From positions 1 through 34,019 of the forward strand of contig CAYTFT010000001.1 of assembly GCA_964437155.1 (NCBI GenBank): DNA of 34,019 bases. The letters are read 5' to 3'. The notes below the pieces were generated by a model. The model had not been told where the DNA came from, did no database searches, and saw only the letters and a list, made by a program, of their open reading frames with translations. Position numbers and translations under genes: made by a program. This document shows, in pieces, positions 8,897-18,168 of this stretch. Origin of the DNA: an uncultured Chitinophagales bacterium. GTDB taxonomy: Bacteria; Bacteroidota; Bacteroidia; Chitinophagales; BACL12. The stretch's first letter is position 1. Each line of letters starts with the position of its first letter.

Positions 8897-11245
8897 ATGT
8901 TCTGGCGCAGGAGGATCTCAGGTTTGCTCATTTTGATGATATCGGTTATGCCGTTATATGCTTACCATATTATCGGCGGCGAAATGGTCTACAAGCGTCT
9001 TACCGGGAACAATTTTGAGATAAAACTGAAGATCTACCGCGACTGTTCCTCCCCGGATGCAGCACCTTACGACAACCCGCTGCGGATCTTTATCTATACG
9101 TCTTCCGGGTATTTATACGATACACTGGTGATCAATTTCCCCGGCTCCGATCCCATTGATGCCGACGTTTCCAATCCCTGCATTGTAAACGCACCCGATC
9201 TCTGCGTGCAGGAAGCTATCTATATCGGGAATATCAATCTCCCGCCGAGTCCGGGTGGCTATGACCTTGTTTACCAGCGCTGCTGCCGCAACTCTACAAT
9301 TATCAATTTATATGATCCCGTTTCCACGGGAGCAACCTATACGGAACATATTCCCGATCCCGGTAGTATGGTTAATTCGAGTCCTGAATTCAATAACCTG
9401 CCGCCTATCCTCATCTGTGGTAATTATCCCTTCACCTTCGACCACGCGGCTACTGATCCGGATGGCGACGTTCTGGAATATAGCTTTTTTACGCCCTACG
9501 ACGGCGGTTCATTCGCCGACCCGAAACCATATCCAGCACTGGCACCGCCGTTTCCGCAGGTAAATTTTTATCCGCCCTACAGCGAAGATTATCCGATTGA
9601 ATCGGCTCCGGCATTTACAATAAATCCGGCAACCGGGGTTTTATCCGGAACACCAACAGCATTCGGTCAATTTGTTGTGGGCATCGCCGTAAAAGAATAT
9701 CGCGCCGGAGTGCTTATCGGAACACATTACCGCGATTTTCAATTTAATATTACTGATTGCGAACCGGCCATCGTCGCCGCATTACCGGATGAAATAAATG
9801 AATGCACCGGATTTACCGTTCATTTCGAAAACTGGAGTTATGGAACAACAGAATTTCAATGGGATTTTGGTGTTGCGGGAATTACATCCGATGTAAGTAC
9901 AGAAGAAACTCCAACGTATGTATTTCCCGATACCGGCACCTATGAAGTGATGCTGATTGCATTTCCCGGTGAAATGTGTGCCGATACAACTTTTACAACC
10001 GTACATATTTATCCGTATTTAATTCCGGATATGGGATTTGAAAATACCTGTTCCGGATCTCCGGTGCAATTCACAGATCTTTCATCCACAGATTTCGGAT
10101 CCATCACTTCGTGGCAATGGAATTATGGAGATGGATGGGGAAGCACGGAAGAAAATCCTGTTTATTCCTATGATGCACCCGGTAATTATATGCTGATACT
10201 CACTGTGCAGAACAGTGTGGGATGTACCGCAGAATTATATGATACCATCACTATTTATCATCTGCCATATGCAGACATCGGTTCCGTTGATGCATGTCTC
10301 GGCTCAGTGGGAACTGTTGTCAGCAATTCTGTAATATTTATCGGAAATGAAATTACCGACTGGCAATGGGAAGATCCGCAGGGAAATATGTATTCCGGTG
10401 AATCATTTAATTATTATTTTGATACTGCCGGCATTTATCCGTTCAGTCTCACCGTAACCAGTAATTATGGATGCGTTGATTCAATTACAGAAAATATTAT
10501 TGTTCCTGAAAATGTTGTGGCGCTTCCAATTTCAGGAGATACTATTTGTGAAGGTGACAGCCTTCAATTATTTGCGGGTGGCGGAACCTATTATTCGTGG
10601 CTTCCTGCCGCAGATGTTTCAGATCCGTCAATTGCTGATCCTTTTGTTTCACCGGTATCCACTACCGATTTTGCAGTGATCGTTTCGGATGACTGCTCAT
10701 CGGATACAGCGTATGTTACGGTTTATGTTTTACCTGCTCCCGACATGGTCGCCGGGCCCGATACAATTGTTTATTCCGGAAATCCGGTTCAAATGTTTGC
10801 GTCCGGTGCAGACATGTACCTCTGGCAGCCACCCGACGGACTTACAGATCCGCTGCTTCCCGATCCTGTTGCAACACCGGATCACACAACACAATATATT
10901 ATCACCGGAACAAATGAAAATGGCTGTTCCACGATTGATACAGCTTTGGTGTATCTGATCCCGGATTGTTTTCATTTCAATACTGTAAATGCTTTCACGC
11001 CGAATGGCGATGGCATCAACGACCGGTTCCGGTTTATCACAACAGGTGACGATGAACTGGTTAGCCTGGAGATTTATAATCGCTGGGGACAATTGATTTT
11101 CCGGACAAATGACCTTGCAGCAGGATGGGACGGCACTGACGGGAACGGCAAACAGCAGGAGATCGGTTCGTATATATTCAAAATTCTGACGCAATGTGAA
11201 GGAATTTTACAAACTTTGAGCGGAAGTGTTTCCTTGTTGAGATAA
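8897..11245 (+). CDS. T9SS type-B (gliding-motility-associated C-terminal domain) cargo with PKD repeats
   Basis: Signal peptide followed by HIIGGE. There are three PKD-like repeats (WDFGVAG, WQWNYGDGWGS, WQWEDPQGN). The C-terminus FTPNGDGINDRFRF ... IYNRWGQLIF ... GWDGTDGNG ... GSYIFKI is the CHU_C/type-B sorting signature. Confidence 0.9.
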   Translation: MFWRRRISGLLILMISVMPLYAYHIIGGEMVYKRLTGNNFEIKLKIYRDCSSPDAAPYDNPLRIFIYTSSGYLYDTLVINFPGSDPIDADVSNPCIVNAPDLCVQEAIYIGNINLPPSPGGYDLVYQRCCRNSTIINLYDPVSTGATYTEHIPDPGSMVNSSPEFNNLPPILICGNYPFTFDHAATDPDGDVLEYSFFTPYDGGSFADPKPYPALAPPFPQVNFYPPYSEDYPIESAPAFTINPATGVLSGTPTAFGQFVVGIAVKEYRAGVLIGTHYRDFQFNITDCEPAIVAALPDEINECTGFTVHFENWSYGTTEFQWDFGVAGITSDVSTEETPTYVFPDTGTYEVMLIAFPGEMCADTTFTTVHIYPYLIPDMGFENTCSGSPVQFTDLSSTDFGSITSWQWNYGDGWGSTEENPVYSYDAPGNYMLILTVQNSVGCTAELYDTITIYHLPYADIGSVDACLGSVGTVVSNSVIFIGNEITDWQWEDPQGNMYSGESFNYYFDTAGIYPFSLTVTSNYGCVDSITENIIVPENVVALPISGDTICEGDSLQLFAGGGTYYSWLPAADVSDPSIADPFVSPVSTTDFAVIVSDDCSSDTAYVTVYVLPAPDMVAGPDTIVYSGNPVQMFASGADMYLWQPPDGLTDPLLPDPVATPDHTTQYIITGTNENGCSTIDTALVYLIPDCFHFNTVNAFTPNGDGINDRFRFITTGDDELVSLEIYNRWGQLIFRTNDLAAGWDGTDGNGKQQEIGSYIFKILTQCEGILQTLSGSVSLLR

Positions 11246-11283
11246 GGTTCATTATTTTTATCATTCATACTAAAGGCATCATT

Positions 11284-13443
11284 ATGAAAATCCTGCGCAT
11301 ATTACTCCTCGTATCGCTGTTCGTATTTACTGCAGAGGCAAAAGCATCGCATATCATCGGCGGTGAGATCTCTTACGTCTGCCTCGGCGGTGATTCTTAT
11401 CAGGTCACCCTTACGCTGTATCGCGACTGTACGAGTTTCACCCCGTTTGATGATCCGGCTTACATGACGGTCTTTTATCAGGATGGCACTTATTTTTCCG
11501 GCTTCCCGCTGTATTCACCGTCTATTACCAGTGTGCCTACTGTATCCGATAATCCATGCCTCGACGCACCGGATGATATCTGTGTTGAACAGGCAATTTA
11601 TACTGCAATTGTTTCATTGCCCGCAAGCGAGATCGGCTATTTACTCGTTTACCAGCGTTGTTGCAGAAATGCCGGTATCGTGAACATCGAATTACCCGAC
11701 GACACAGGAGCTACCTATACACAGGAGGTTCCGCCAACGCCCGATGCAGAATGTAATAATTCCCCAACGTATAATGATTTCCCACCGACAGTAATTTGTA
11801 TGACCGACCCGATCGTGTTTGACCATTCGGCAACAGATATTGACGGCGACTCACTCGTTTATGATTTTTACTGGCCGTATGAAGGTGCTTCTCCGCTCGT
11901 TCCCGCTCCGGTTACTGCTTCACCTCCGCCGTATGCCGGTGTGATGTGGGTGGCGGGATATAGCGAAACCTATCCCATCGATGCTTTACCTGCTCTGGCA
12001 ATCGATCCGGAAACGGGATTGATGACCGGCACCGCAACAGCAGAAGGTAGGTATGTTGTGGGCGTTCGCGTGAAAGAATACCGCGATGGGGTATGGCTGG
12101 GAGATCATATCCGCGATTTTCAGTTTAATATCACTGCCTGCACCCCTCTGGTGGTGGCGCAATATGAAATTGACGACCTGGTATTTAATGATACTGATCC
12201 TGATACTTCTTATCTCAACTGCGAAGATTTCACGGTTACATTCGATAATTTCAGTACAGGTGGAACAGAATTTTACTGGGATTTTGGTGATGGTTCAACC
12301 TCCACACTCGAAGATCCTGTACACACTTATGCGGATACCGGAACATATTATGTTACGCTCATTGTAAATCCGGGATTTATTTGTGCAGATACTGCAGTCG
12401 CCATTGTTAAATTATATAATACACTCACCGGAGATTTTTCTTTCGTTGCAGGATGCTCAGGAACTCCGGTTGTATTTACGGATAATTCCACTTCAACAGA
12501 AGCTGGAGAAATTATTAACTGGGACTGGAATTTTGGTGATGGTGCAACATCGGGACTCGAAAATCCGGAACATGAATATGCAGACGGAGGAACGTATACA
12601 GTCATTCTTACGGTGACAACCGATAAAGGATGCCAGTCAACGATTATGTATGATGTAGATGTAACGCCGGGGCCGGATGTTGATTTTGATGTCGAGGATG
12701 TTTGTCAGAATTTCCCTGCGGAATTCGATAATCTTACAACAATTGGTGCAGGCACCATTGATACCTATGAATGGGATTTTGGTGATGGAACCACCAGTTC
12801 TGAAGTTGATCCGTCCCATAATTATGCTGCGCCCGGAACATATACGGTTACACTGATCGTAACTGCAACTAATGGTTGTGCAGATACAGCAGTGTATGAT
12901 GTTACCATCGGCGAACTTCCTTTTGCAGATGCCGGTGAAAATGATACGATCGAATATCTCCAGACATATACGCTCAACGGTTCGGGCGTAGGAACATTTG
13001 TATGGCTGCCGATGAACCCGATTATCTTCCCTGCAAATATTGATAATCTTACAATCGAAGATCCTACAATAGAATTAACGGAAACAACAACCTTTTACCT
13101 GACAGTAACAAGCCCTGACGGATGTACGGAAACCGATTCCGTTACAATTTATGTTACGCCGAAAACAATCATTGACGTGCCTACCGCTTTTTCGCCGAAT
13201 GAAGATGGTGTAAATGATATTATTATCGTACAGAATCACGAAGTGGGTGAACTGCTCGAATTTTCGATCTTCAATCGCTGGGGTCAGCTTGTTTTCACAA
13301 CGAGTGATATCAATGTCGGCTGGAATGGAAAATATGAAGATGGCACAGAAGCCGATATGGGTACCTACGTGTATCTCGTAAGAGCAAACGGCCTCGGTGG
13401 TGAATATTTCCAGTTGCATGGAAATATTACACTCGTTCGTTAA
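11284..13443 (+). CDS. T9SS type-B cargo with PKD repeats, paralog of the upstream gene
   Basis: Same architecture: signal peptide, SHIIGGE, and a shared N-terminal module. PKD repeats are FYWDFGDGSTS, WDWNFGDGATS and YEWDFGDGTTS. The C-terminus is FSPNEDGVNDIIIV ... IFNRWGQLVF ... GWNGKYEDG ... GTYVYLV. Confidence 0.9.
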   Translation: MKILRILLLVSLFVFTAEAKASHIIGGEISYVCLGGDSYQVTLTLYRDCTSFTPFDDPAYMTVFYQDGTYFSGFPLYSPSITSVPTVSDNPCLDAPDDICVEQAIYTAIVSLPASEIGYLLVYQRCCRNAGIVNIELPDDTGATYTQEVPPTPDAECNNSPTYNDFPPTVICMTDPIVFDHSATDIDGDSLVYDFYWPYEGASPLVPAPVTASPPPYAGVMWVAGYSETYPIDALPALAIDPETGLMTGTATAEGRYVVGVRVKEYRDGVWLGDHIRDFQFNITACTPLVVAQYEIDDLVFNDTDPDTSYLNCEDFTVTFDNFSTGGTEFYWDFGDGSTSTLEDPVHTYADTGTYYVTLIVNPGFICADTAVAIVKLYNTLTGDFSFVAGCSGTPVVFTDNSTSTEAGEIINWDWNFGDGATSGLENPEHEYADGGTYTVILTVTTDKGCQSTIMYDVDVTPGPDVDFDVEDVCQNFPAEFDNLTTIGAGTIDTYEWDFGDGTTSSEVDPSHNYAAPGTYTVTLIVTATNGCADTAVYDVTIGELPFADAGENDTIEYLQTYTLNGSGVGTFVWLPMNPIIFPANIDNLTIEDPTIELTETTTFYLTVTSPDGCTETDSVTIYVTPKTIIDVPTAFSPNEDGVNDIIIVQNHEVGELLEFSIFNRWGQLVFTTSDINVGWNGKYEDGTEADMGTYVYLVRANGLGGEYFQLHGNITLVR

Positions 13444-13449
13444 AAAATA

Positions 13450-13478
13450 TTGAATTGATAAGCGAATAAGTAGCTTTG
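13450..13478 (+). promoter_or_regulatory. Bacteroidota-type promoter (TTG ... TAGCTTTG) for the cytochrome c gene
   Basis: TTG at 13450-13452, an 18-nt spacer, then an exact TAnnTTTG at 13471-13478, 19 nt before the ATG at 13497. Confidence 0.5.
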
Positions 13479-13496
13479 CGCTGAAATAATTTCAGG

Positions 13497-13832
13497 ATGA
13501 AAAGGCTACTTATTTTTTTTGCGGTATATTCAACTATCCTAATCAGCGGATGTACTTCCGGCATGCATGCCGATGAACATATTGATCCGGAAACCGTAAA
13601 AAATGAACCTCCCGGAAAGGTCGTCTTCACTGCAAATTGCCGGTTATGTCATGGCAACGACGGCACCCTCGGATTGAGCGGCGCCGCAAATCTTTCCATT
13701 ACTGCATTGAATGTTGAAGAAATTAAAACAGTTGTAACAAACGGCAGAAAAGGAATGCCTTCGTGGAAGGAGAAATTAACTCCCGAACAGATTCAACAGG
13801 TGGCAGAATATGTGCTCACACTGAGAAAATAA
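13497..13832 (+). CDS. Class I c-type cytochrome, probable lipoprotein
   Basis: Haem-binding CRLCH (CxxCH), a distal Met candidate in RKGMPSW, and a lipobox-like LISGC after an N-terminal hydrophobic segment. Confidence 0.85.
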   Translation: MKRLLIFFAVYSTILISGCTSGMHADEHIDPETVKNEPPGKVVFTANCRLCHGNDGTLGLSGAANLSITALNVEEIKTVVTNGRKGMPSWKEKLTPEQIQQVAEYVLTLRK

Positions 13833-13841
13833 TAAAACCTG

Positions 13842-14942
13842 TTGAGCATTTCCGGAACATATCATGTGCTCGGACTCATGTCGGGCAGTTCACTCGACGG
13901 ATTGGATATTTGCTATGCTGAAATAAAAACCGGTGAACCGTTTACATATTCTCTTTTGTACGCTGAAACGATTGCCTACACCCGGGATCAATTAATTAGA
14001 ATAAAAAATTTTAATAAAGACCCGCATGCAGATCATACAGCCGACGATGCATTTATGGCCGGTATTTTTGCGGATTGCGTGAACAGATTTGTGCACAGGC
14101 ACGCAATCAAAACAATTGATTTTATTTCCTCCCACGGCCATACACTATTTCATTATCCGGAACAAGGAATTACCTGTCAGCTGGGTGATGGAAAAATTAT
14201 AGCGGAAAAAACCGGACAGGAAGTGATCTGGAATTTCAGGCAGGCGGATATTGATGCCGGCGGACAAGGCGCTCCGCTGGTACCGGTTTGTGATGCGTAT
14301 TTTTTCCCTCACTATGATGCATGTCTCAATATCGGTGGCATTGCAAATATTTCATACCGGCAAAATGGAGAACGGATAGGTTTTGATATTTGCGCCGCGA
14401 ATCAGTTGTTGAATTATGGCGCGTCGTTATGCGATTTGGAATATGATAAAGATGGTATGCTCGCTGCCGGCGGCTCCGTTAATACCACGTTGCTGGAAAA
14501 AATGAACAATGTCCCAGTTTTTTTGCGAACCGGCCCCGTATCGTTGGATAATAATTTTATTCGGGATACATTTATTCCGATGTTACAGAAGAGCGGAATT
14601 TCTATTGCAGATCAGCTTGCAACATCCGTTGAACATATTGCCATGCAGATCGGGAGAATAATCCGGCGGCAAATAGAAGTGAATCATCTGGATCCGGATA
14701 ATTATAGAATACTCGTAACCGGTGGCGGCGCTTTCAATTCATTTCTGATCAGCCGTCTGATAAAATACAGCGGTATCCGGATACAGTTACCTGAAACTAC
14801 GCTGATCAATTTTAAAGAAGCACTCGCAATGTGTCTGATGGGTGTGTTGCGAAAAGAAAATATTCCGAATTTTTTACCTTCTGTAACCGGTGCGAAATAT
14901 CCCGTCTGCGGCGGCGACATTGCAAATAAAAATGAATTCTGA
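13842..14942 (+). CDS. anmK: Anhydro-N-acetylmuramic acid kinase
   Basis: GLMSGSSLDGLD N-terminal motif, DIDAGGQGAPLVP, NIGGIANIS and VTGGGAFNSFL. The ORF-track start is TTG. An in-frame GTG and ATG a few codons downstream are alternatives. Confidence 0.9.
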   Translation: MSISGTYHVLGLMSGSSLDGLDICYAEIKTGEPFTYSLLYAETIAYTRDQLIRIKNFNKDPHADHTADDAFMAGIFADCVNRFVHRHAIKTIDFISSHGHTLFHYPEQGITCQLGDGKIIAEKTGQEVIWNFRQADIDAGGQGAPLVPVCDAYFFPHYDACLNIGGIANISYRQNGERIGFDICAANQLLNYGASLCDLEYDKDGMLAAGGSVNTTLLEKMNNVPVFLRTGPVSLDNNFIRDTFIPMLQKSGISIADQLATSVEHIAMQIGRIIRRQIEVNHLDPDNYRILVTGGGAFNSFLISRLIKYSGIRIQLPETTLINFKEALAMCLMGVLRKENIPNFLPSVTGAKYPVCGGDIANKNEF

Positions 14943-15026
14943 TAAAATAAAAATAATTTTCACCGGTATGCTTCCCTTGCATTTTGATGCAATATTCTCT
15001 GCTAATCCTTATATCTTCATCCATTC

Positions 15027-16031
15027 ATGATTCTTGTAACAGGTGCAACCGGACTCGTTGGTTCTTATCTCTGCCGTTATTTATTAATGCAGGGAAAACA
15101 GGTGCGTGCCCTCAAAAGAAAAAACGCCAGCCTCCGGCTGGTGGCCGACATACAGGATAAGATCGAATGGGTGGAGGGTGATGTGCTGGATATTATGAGC
15201 CTTGAAGAGGCCATGCAGCATGTGGATCAGGTGTATCATTGCGCAGCAGTTATTTCATACTTGTCATCAAGCAGGGAGTTACTTAACCTGGTGAATGTGG
15301 AAGGCACAGCAAATGTTGTGAATGTGGCACTCGGTTCGGGCATCAGTAAAATGGTGTATATCAGCTCGATTGCTGCCCTGGGGCGCTCCGGAAAAAATGG
15401 TGAAACCGTTACCGAAAATACACCCTGGGAAAGAAAAAATCTCACATCCGATTATTCGGTGAGCAAATTTCTTGGTGAACGCGAAGTATGGCGGGGAATT
15501 GCCGAAGGGCTGCATGCGGTGATCGTAAATCCATCCATTATTGTTGGCGCCGGTAACTGGGACAGCGGCTCCTGTAAATTGTTTTCTACGGTCTATGGCG
15601 GATTTAAATATTATACGGAAGGCGTTACCGGATATGTGGACGTGCGCGATGTGGTAAAGATCGCCGCCGGATTAATGGACAGCGATGTGTCGGAACAACG
15701 CTTTATTCTCAACAGCGAAAATATTTCCTATGCGCATTTTCTCCGGTCAATTGCAAATGCACTCCATGTACAGGGCCCGACTATAAAAGCGGGAAAATTT
15801 TTATCGGGCATTGCCTGGCGTGGCGAAAAATTAAAATCAATAATTACGGGAAAGGAACCTACTGTTACAAGACAAACATCTGTAATTGCGAATAAGAAAG
15901 TATTTTTTGATAACAGCAAAATTCTCCGGCTCGGATATACATTTACGCCAATGCAAAAATCCATCGCCGATACTGCAGTATCTTTTCTTGACGAAAAACA
16001 AACAGGTAAATTTTCACCTTTAAAATTTTAA
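15027..16031 (+). CDS. NAD-dependent epimerase/dehydratase (extended SDR) family protein
   Basis: The N-terminal ILVTGATGLVGSYL Rossmann motif and the YSVSK (YxxxK) catalytic motif. Confidence 0.85.
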   Translation: MILVTGATGLVGSYLCRYLLMQGKQVRALKRKNASLRLVADIQDKIEWVEGDVLDIMSLEEAMQHVDQVYHCAAVISYLSSSRELLNLVNVEGTANVVNVALGSGISKMVYISSIAALGRSGKNGETVTENTPWERKNLTSDYSVSKFLGEREVWRGIAEGLHAVIVNPSIIVGAGNWDSGSCKLFSTVYGGFKYYTEGVTGYVDVRDVVKIAAGLMDSDVSEQRFILNSENISYAHFLRSIANALHVQGPTIKAGKFLSGIAWRGEKLKSIITGKEPTVTRQTSVIANKKVFFDNSKILRLGYTFTPMQKSIADTAVSFLDEKQTGKFSPLKF

Positions 16032-16117
16032 TTTTAATCAGAATATAATCCGGATGCCGGCAGAGATTTTTTGTATATGCAAAATATTCACTCCGGCTTA
16101 TTTCAATTATTTTTACG

Positions 16118-16828
16118 GTGGAAATACAAAGCGTGTCTAAGGAACTACAACATATACTCTTCGACCTGGATAATACCCTCTGGGATTTTTCCGGAAATTC
16201 AAAACGGATATTGAAGGAGATCTTCGATAATTTTGATCTGGGCGCACGCGGCATTGCTGATTTCGATATGTTTCACAGACAGTATCTTGTGCGAAATGAA
16301 TATTTATGGCGGGAATATGCGCTGGGAAATGTTACGCGTGATCATGTGCGGTTAAACAGGTTTTACATTACACTCAACGACTTCGGAATTAATGACCTCA
16401 CCTTATCTTATCAGGCCGCCGATCATTATATTCTGCATACACGAAATCAAAAAGATCTGCTTCCGCACACAATTGAATTACTGGATTACCTGAAAGATAA
16501 ATATCAATTGCATATCATCACCAACGGATTTGAAGAAGTGCAGTTTTTTAAATTAAATAACACCGGGCTGCGGCCATATTTTGCAACGATCACTACGGCT
16601 GAAGCAGCCAATGCATTAAAACCGGATATCCGCATCTTCGAATTTGCGCTGCAACAAATTAAAGCAGAACCCGAACATTGTTTGTACATCGGCGATTCTG
16701 TGGAGGCCGATGGAACAGGCTCGCTCAATGCCGGAATGGATTTTATCTGGTTCAATCCGGAAGGAAGAGAAAATTACAATAATTTCAGGTCAGTTGCTCA
16801 CCATTCTGAATTAATCGGAATATTATAG
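16118..16828 (+). CDS. HAD-superfamily hydrolase, YjjG-like (noncanonical pyrimidine nucleotidase type)
   Basis: Motif I is FDLDNTLWDF, motif II ITNG, motif III ALKPD and motif IV GDSVEADGTG. The start is uncertain (GTG at 16118 or 16133). There is no upstream in-frame ATG. Confidence 0.8.
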   Translation: MEIQSVSKELQHILFDLDNTLWDFSGNSKRILKEIFDNFDLGARGIADFDMFHRQYLVRNEYLWREYALGNVTRDHVRLNRFYITLNDFGINDLTLSYQAADHYILHTRNQKDLLPHTIELLDYLKDKYQLHIITNGFEEVQFFKLNNTGLRPYFATITTAEAANALKPDIRIFEFALQQIKAEPEHCLYIGDSVEADGTGSLNAGMDFIWFNPEGRENYNNFRSVAHHSELIGIL

Positions 16829-16873
16829 AGATCTGATTTTACCCTTCTATGTGCAGGTGCGAAATCTGAAAAT

Positions 16874-16896
16874 AAAAAAACCAGCGCGTGGCCGGT
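16874..16896 (-). terminator. Intrinsic terminator after the small secreted protein gene
   Basis: The minus-strand RNA ACCGGC-CACGC-GCUGGU forms a 6-bp stem with one G-U pair, followed by a run of U. Confidence 0.45.
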
Positions 16897-16919
16897 CTTT
16901 CAGAAATTATTTTAAGGTT

Positions 16920-17285
16920 TTATTTCTTTTCAGAATCTTCTTCAGGTGTGGTTGCCGGTTCGGGTTTGGCAGCGCTTACACTGAATGAAGTGGAATGACA
17001 GGATGGAGCAGCTTCAGGAGCATTTACTCCGGTAGTTGCCTCAACAGGAGCATTTGCTTCAGTGGCTGTTTCCGTTGCAGGTGTTTGTCCGGTTACAGCT
17101 TCCGCTTTTCCGGCGCCCTTACAGCAGGATCCTGTTCCTGAACTGCATTTCGCGGCATCAACCGCCTTAATGGCAGGGGCTGCAACATTTACATCTTCTT
17201 TTTTATCGGTAGATGTGGAAGTTTGCGCAAAAGAAACTGTAGCACCGATCATCAGAACAAGTGCAAGAGAGAATATTTTTTTCAT
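16920..17285 (-). CDS. Small secreted low-complexity (Ala/Thr/Pro/Glu-rich) protein with four Cys
   Basis: The internal Met gives a classical signal peptide (MKKIFSLALVLMIGATVSFAQ) and removes the overlap with psd. The mature part contains KCSSGTGSCCKGAGK and PSCHSTS. No family recognised. Confidence 0.6.
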   Translation of the reverse strand: MKKIFSLALVLMIGATVSFAQTSTSTDKKEDVNVAAPAIKAVDAAKCSSGTGSCCKGAGKAEAVTGQTPATETATEANAPVEATTGVNAPEAAPSCHSTSFSVSAAKPEPATTPEEDSEKK

Positions 17286-17319
17286 AATGAGTCCGTTTTG
17301 TTCTATAAAATTAGTGTAT

Positions 17320-17997
17320 TTATTTGTTGCGTGCAACTCTGGCGATAACCGTTTGCCCGCCCTTTACTTTTTCGCCGATATTGACCTCCACACGCGAGTC
17401 CAGCGGGAGAAACAGATCCACCCGTGAGCCGAACTTGATGAATCCCACTTCACTTCCCTGCGTTACTTCGTCGCCTTCTTCCACATAAAATTTGATTCTC
17501 CGGGCCACTGTGCCTGCGATCTGGCGCATCAAAATCTCCACATTATCATCTTCATCTTCAATCACAAAAGTGGTGCGCTCGTTGGCAACCGAAGATTTCG
17601 GGTTCCACGCTAACAGGTATTTACCCGGGTGATATTTGAAATATTTTACCTGTCCGCTGATAGGCGTCCTGTTTACATGCACATTTTTTACACTCATGAA
17701 GATCGAGATCTGCAGCCTTCTGTCTTTGAAATATTCCCCTTCCATAGTCTCCTCAATTACCACCACCTTGCCGTCGGCAGGTGCGATAACAGCTCCCTCC
17801 TCCACAAAAAGTCTGCGTTTCGGATTGCGGAAAAACATCATTACGAAAAGGATCCCGCCTAATGAGGCAACAAGAATAAGCAGGTTAAAAAGCCTTTGCT
17901 CAGGCAGAAAATAATGGGTGCAGAAGTTAAGAATGACCAGGAAAGCCAGGAATGCGATGATCAGCTTGGTTCCCTCTCTGTGTATGAACTTCATCAT
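17320..17997 (-). CDS. psd: Phosphatidylserine decarboxylase proenzyme (short, membrane-anchored type)
   Basis: N-terminal TM segments and an FGSRVDL self-cleavage (G-S) region near the C-terminus. 225 aa is typical of the short Psd family. It lies adjacent to cdsA. Confidence 0.9.
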   Translation of the reverse strand: MMKFIHREGTKLIIAFLAFLVILNFCTHYFLPEQRLFNLLILVASLGGILFVMMFFRNPKRRLFVEEGAVIAPADGKVVVIEETMEGEYFKDRRLQISIFMSVKNVHVNRTPISGQVKYFKYHPGKYLLAWNPKSSVANERTTFVIEDEDDNVEILMRQIAGTVARRIKFYVEEGDEVTQGSEVGFIKFGSRVDLFLPLDSRVEVNIGEKVKGGQTVIARVARNK

Positions 17998-18029
17998 TTT
18001 TAAATACCCTGTTTATGATTACAGGAACG

Positions 18030-18056
18030 CAAAGGTAATACAATTTAGGTGTGCAA
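18030..18056 (-). promoter_or_regulatory. Candidate promoter for psd (TTG ... TACCTTTG on the minus strand)
   Basis: Exact TAnnTTTG on the minus strand (plus coordinates 18030-18037), about 30 nt upstream of the psd ATG. The upstream TTG (18054-18056) has only a 16-nt spacer. Confidence 0.35.
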
Positions 18057-18168
18057 TTGGTTCGACGGTCGGGGCCTGCAATCGCATGCTTTGGGGCGCC
18101 GGTCCAAAGGGAGGCAATGGAAATTATTATCTGCAATCCTATTTACAGCAAATGCCCGGAAGCAGGCA

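Noticed and set aside
8966-8983. The HIIGGE / SHIIGGE motif right after the signal peptide resembles the IVGG/IIGG mature N-terminus of chymotrypsin-family serine proteases.
   Set aside because: Neither paralog contains the TAAHC-type His motif or the GDSGGP Ser motif. The rest of the module is Cys-rich and unrelated in pattern, so the resemblance is taken as coincidental.
18059-18065. GGTTCGA, a tRNA T-loop-like heptamer, in the cdsA-psd spacer.
   Set aside because: The flanking bases cannot form a T-stem (ATTGG vs GTCGG). No acceptor or anticodon arms could be drawn. No tRNA is called anywhere in the window.
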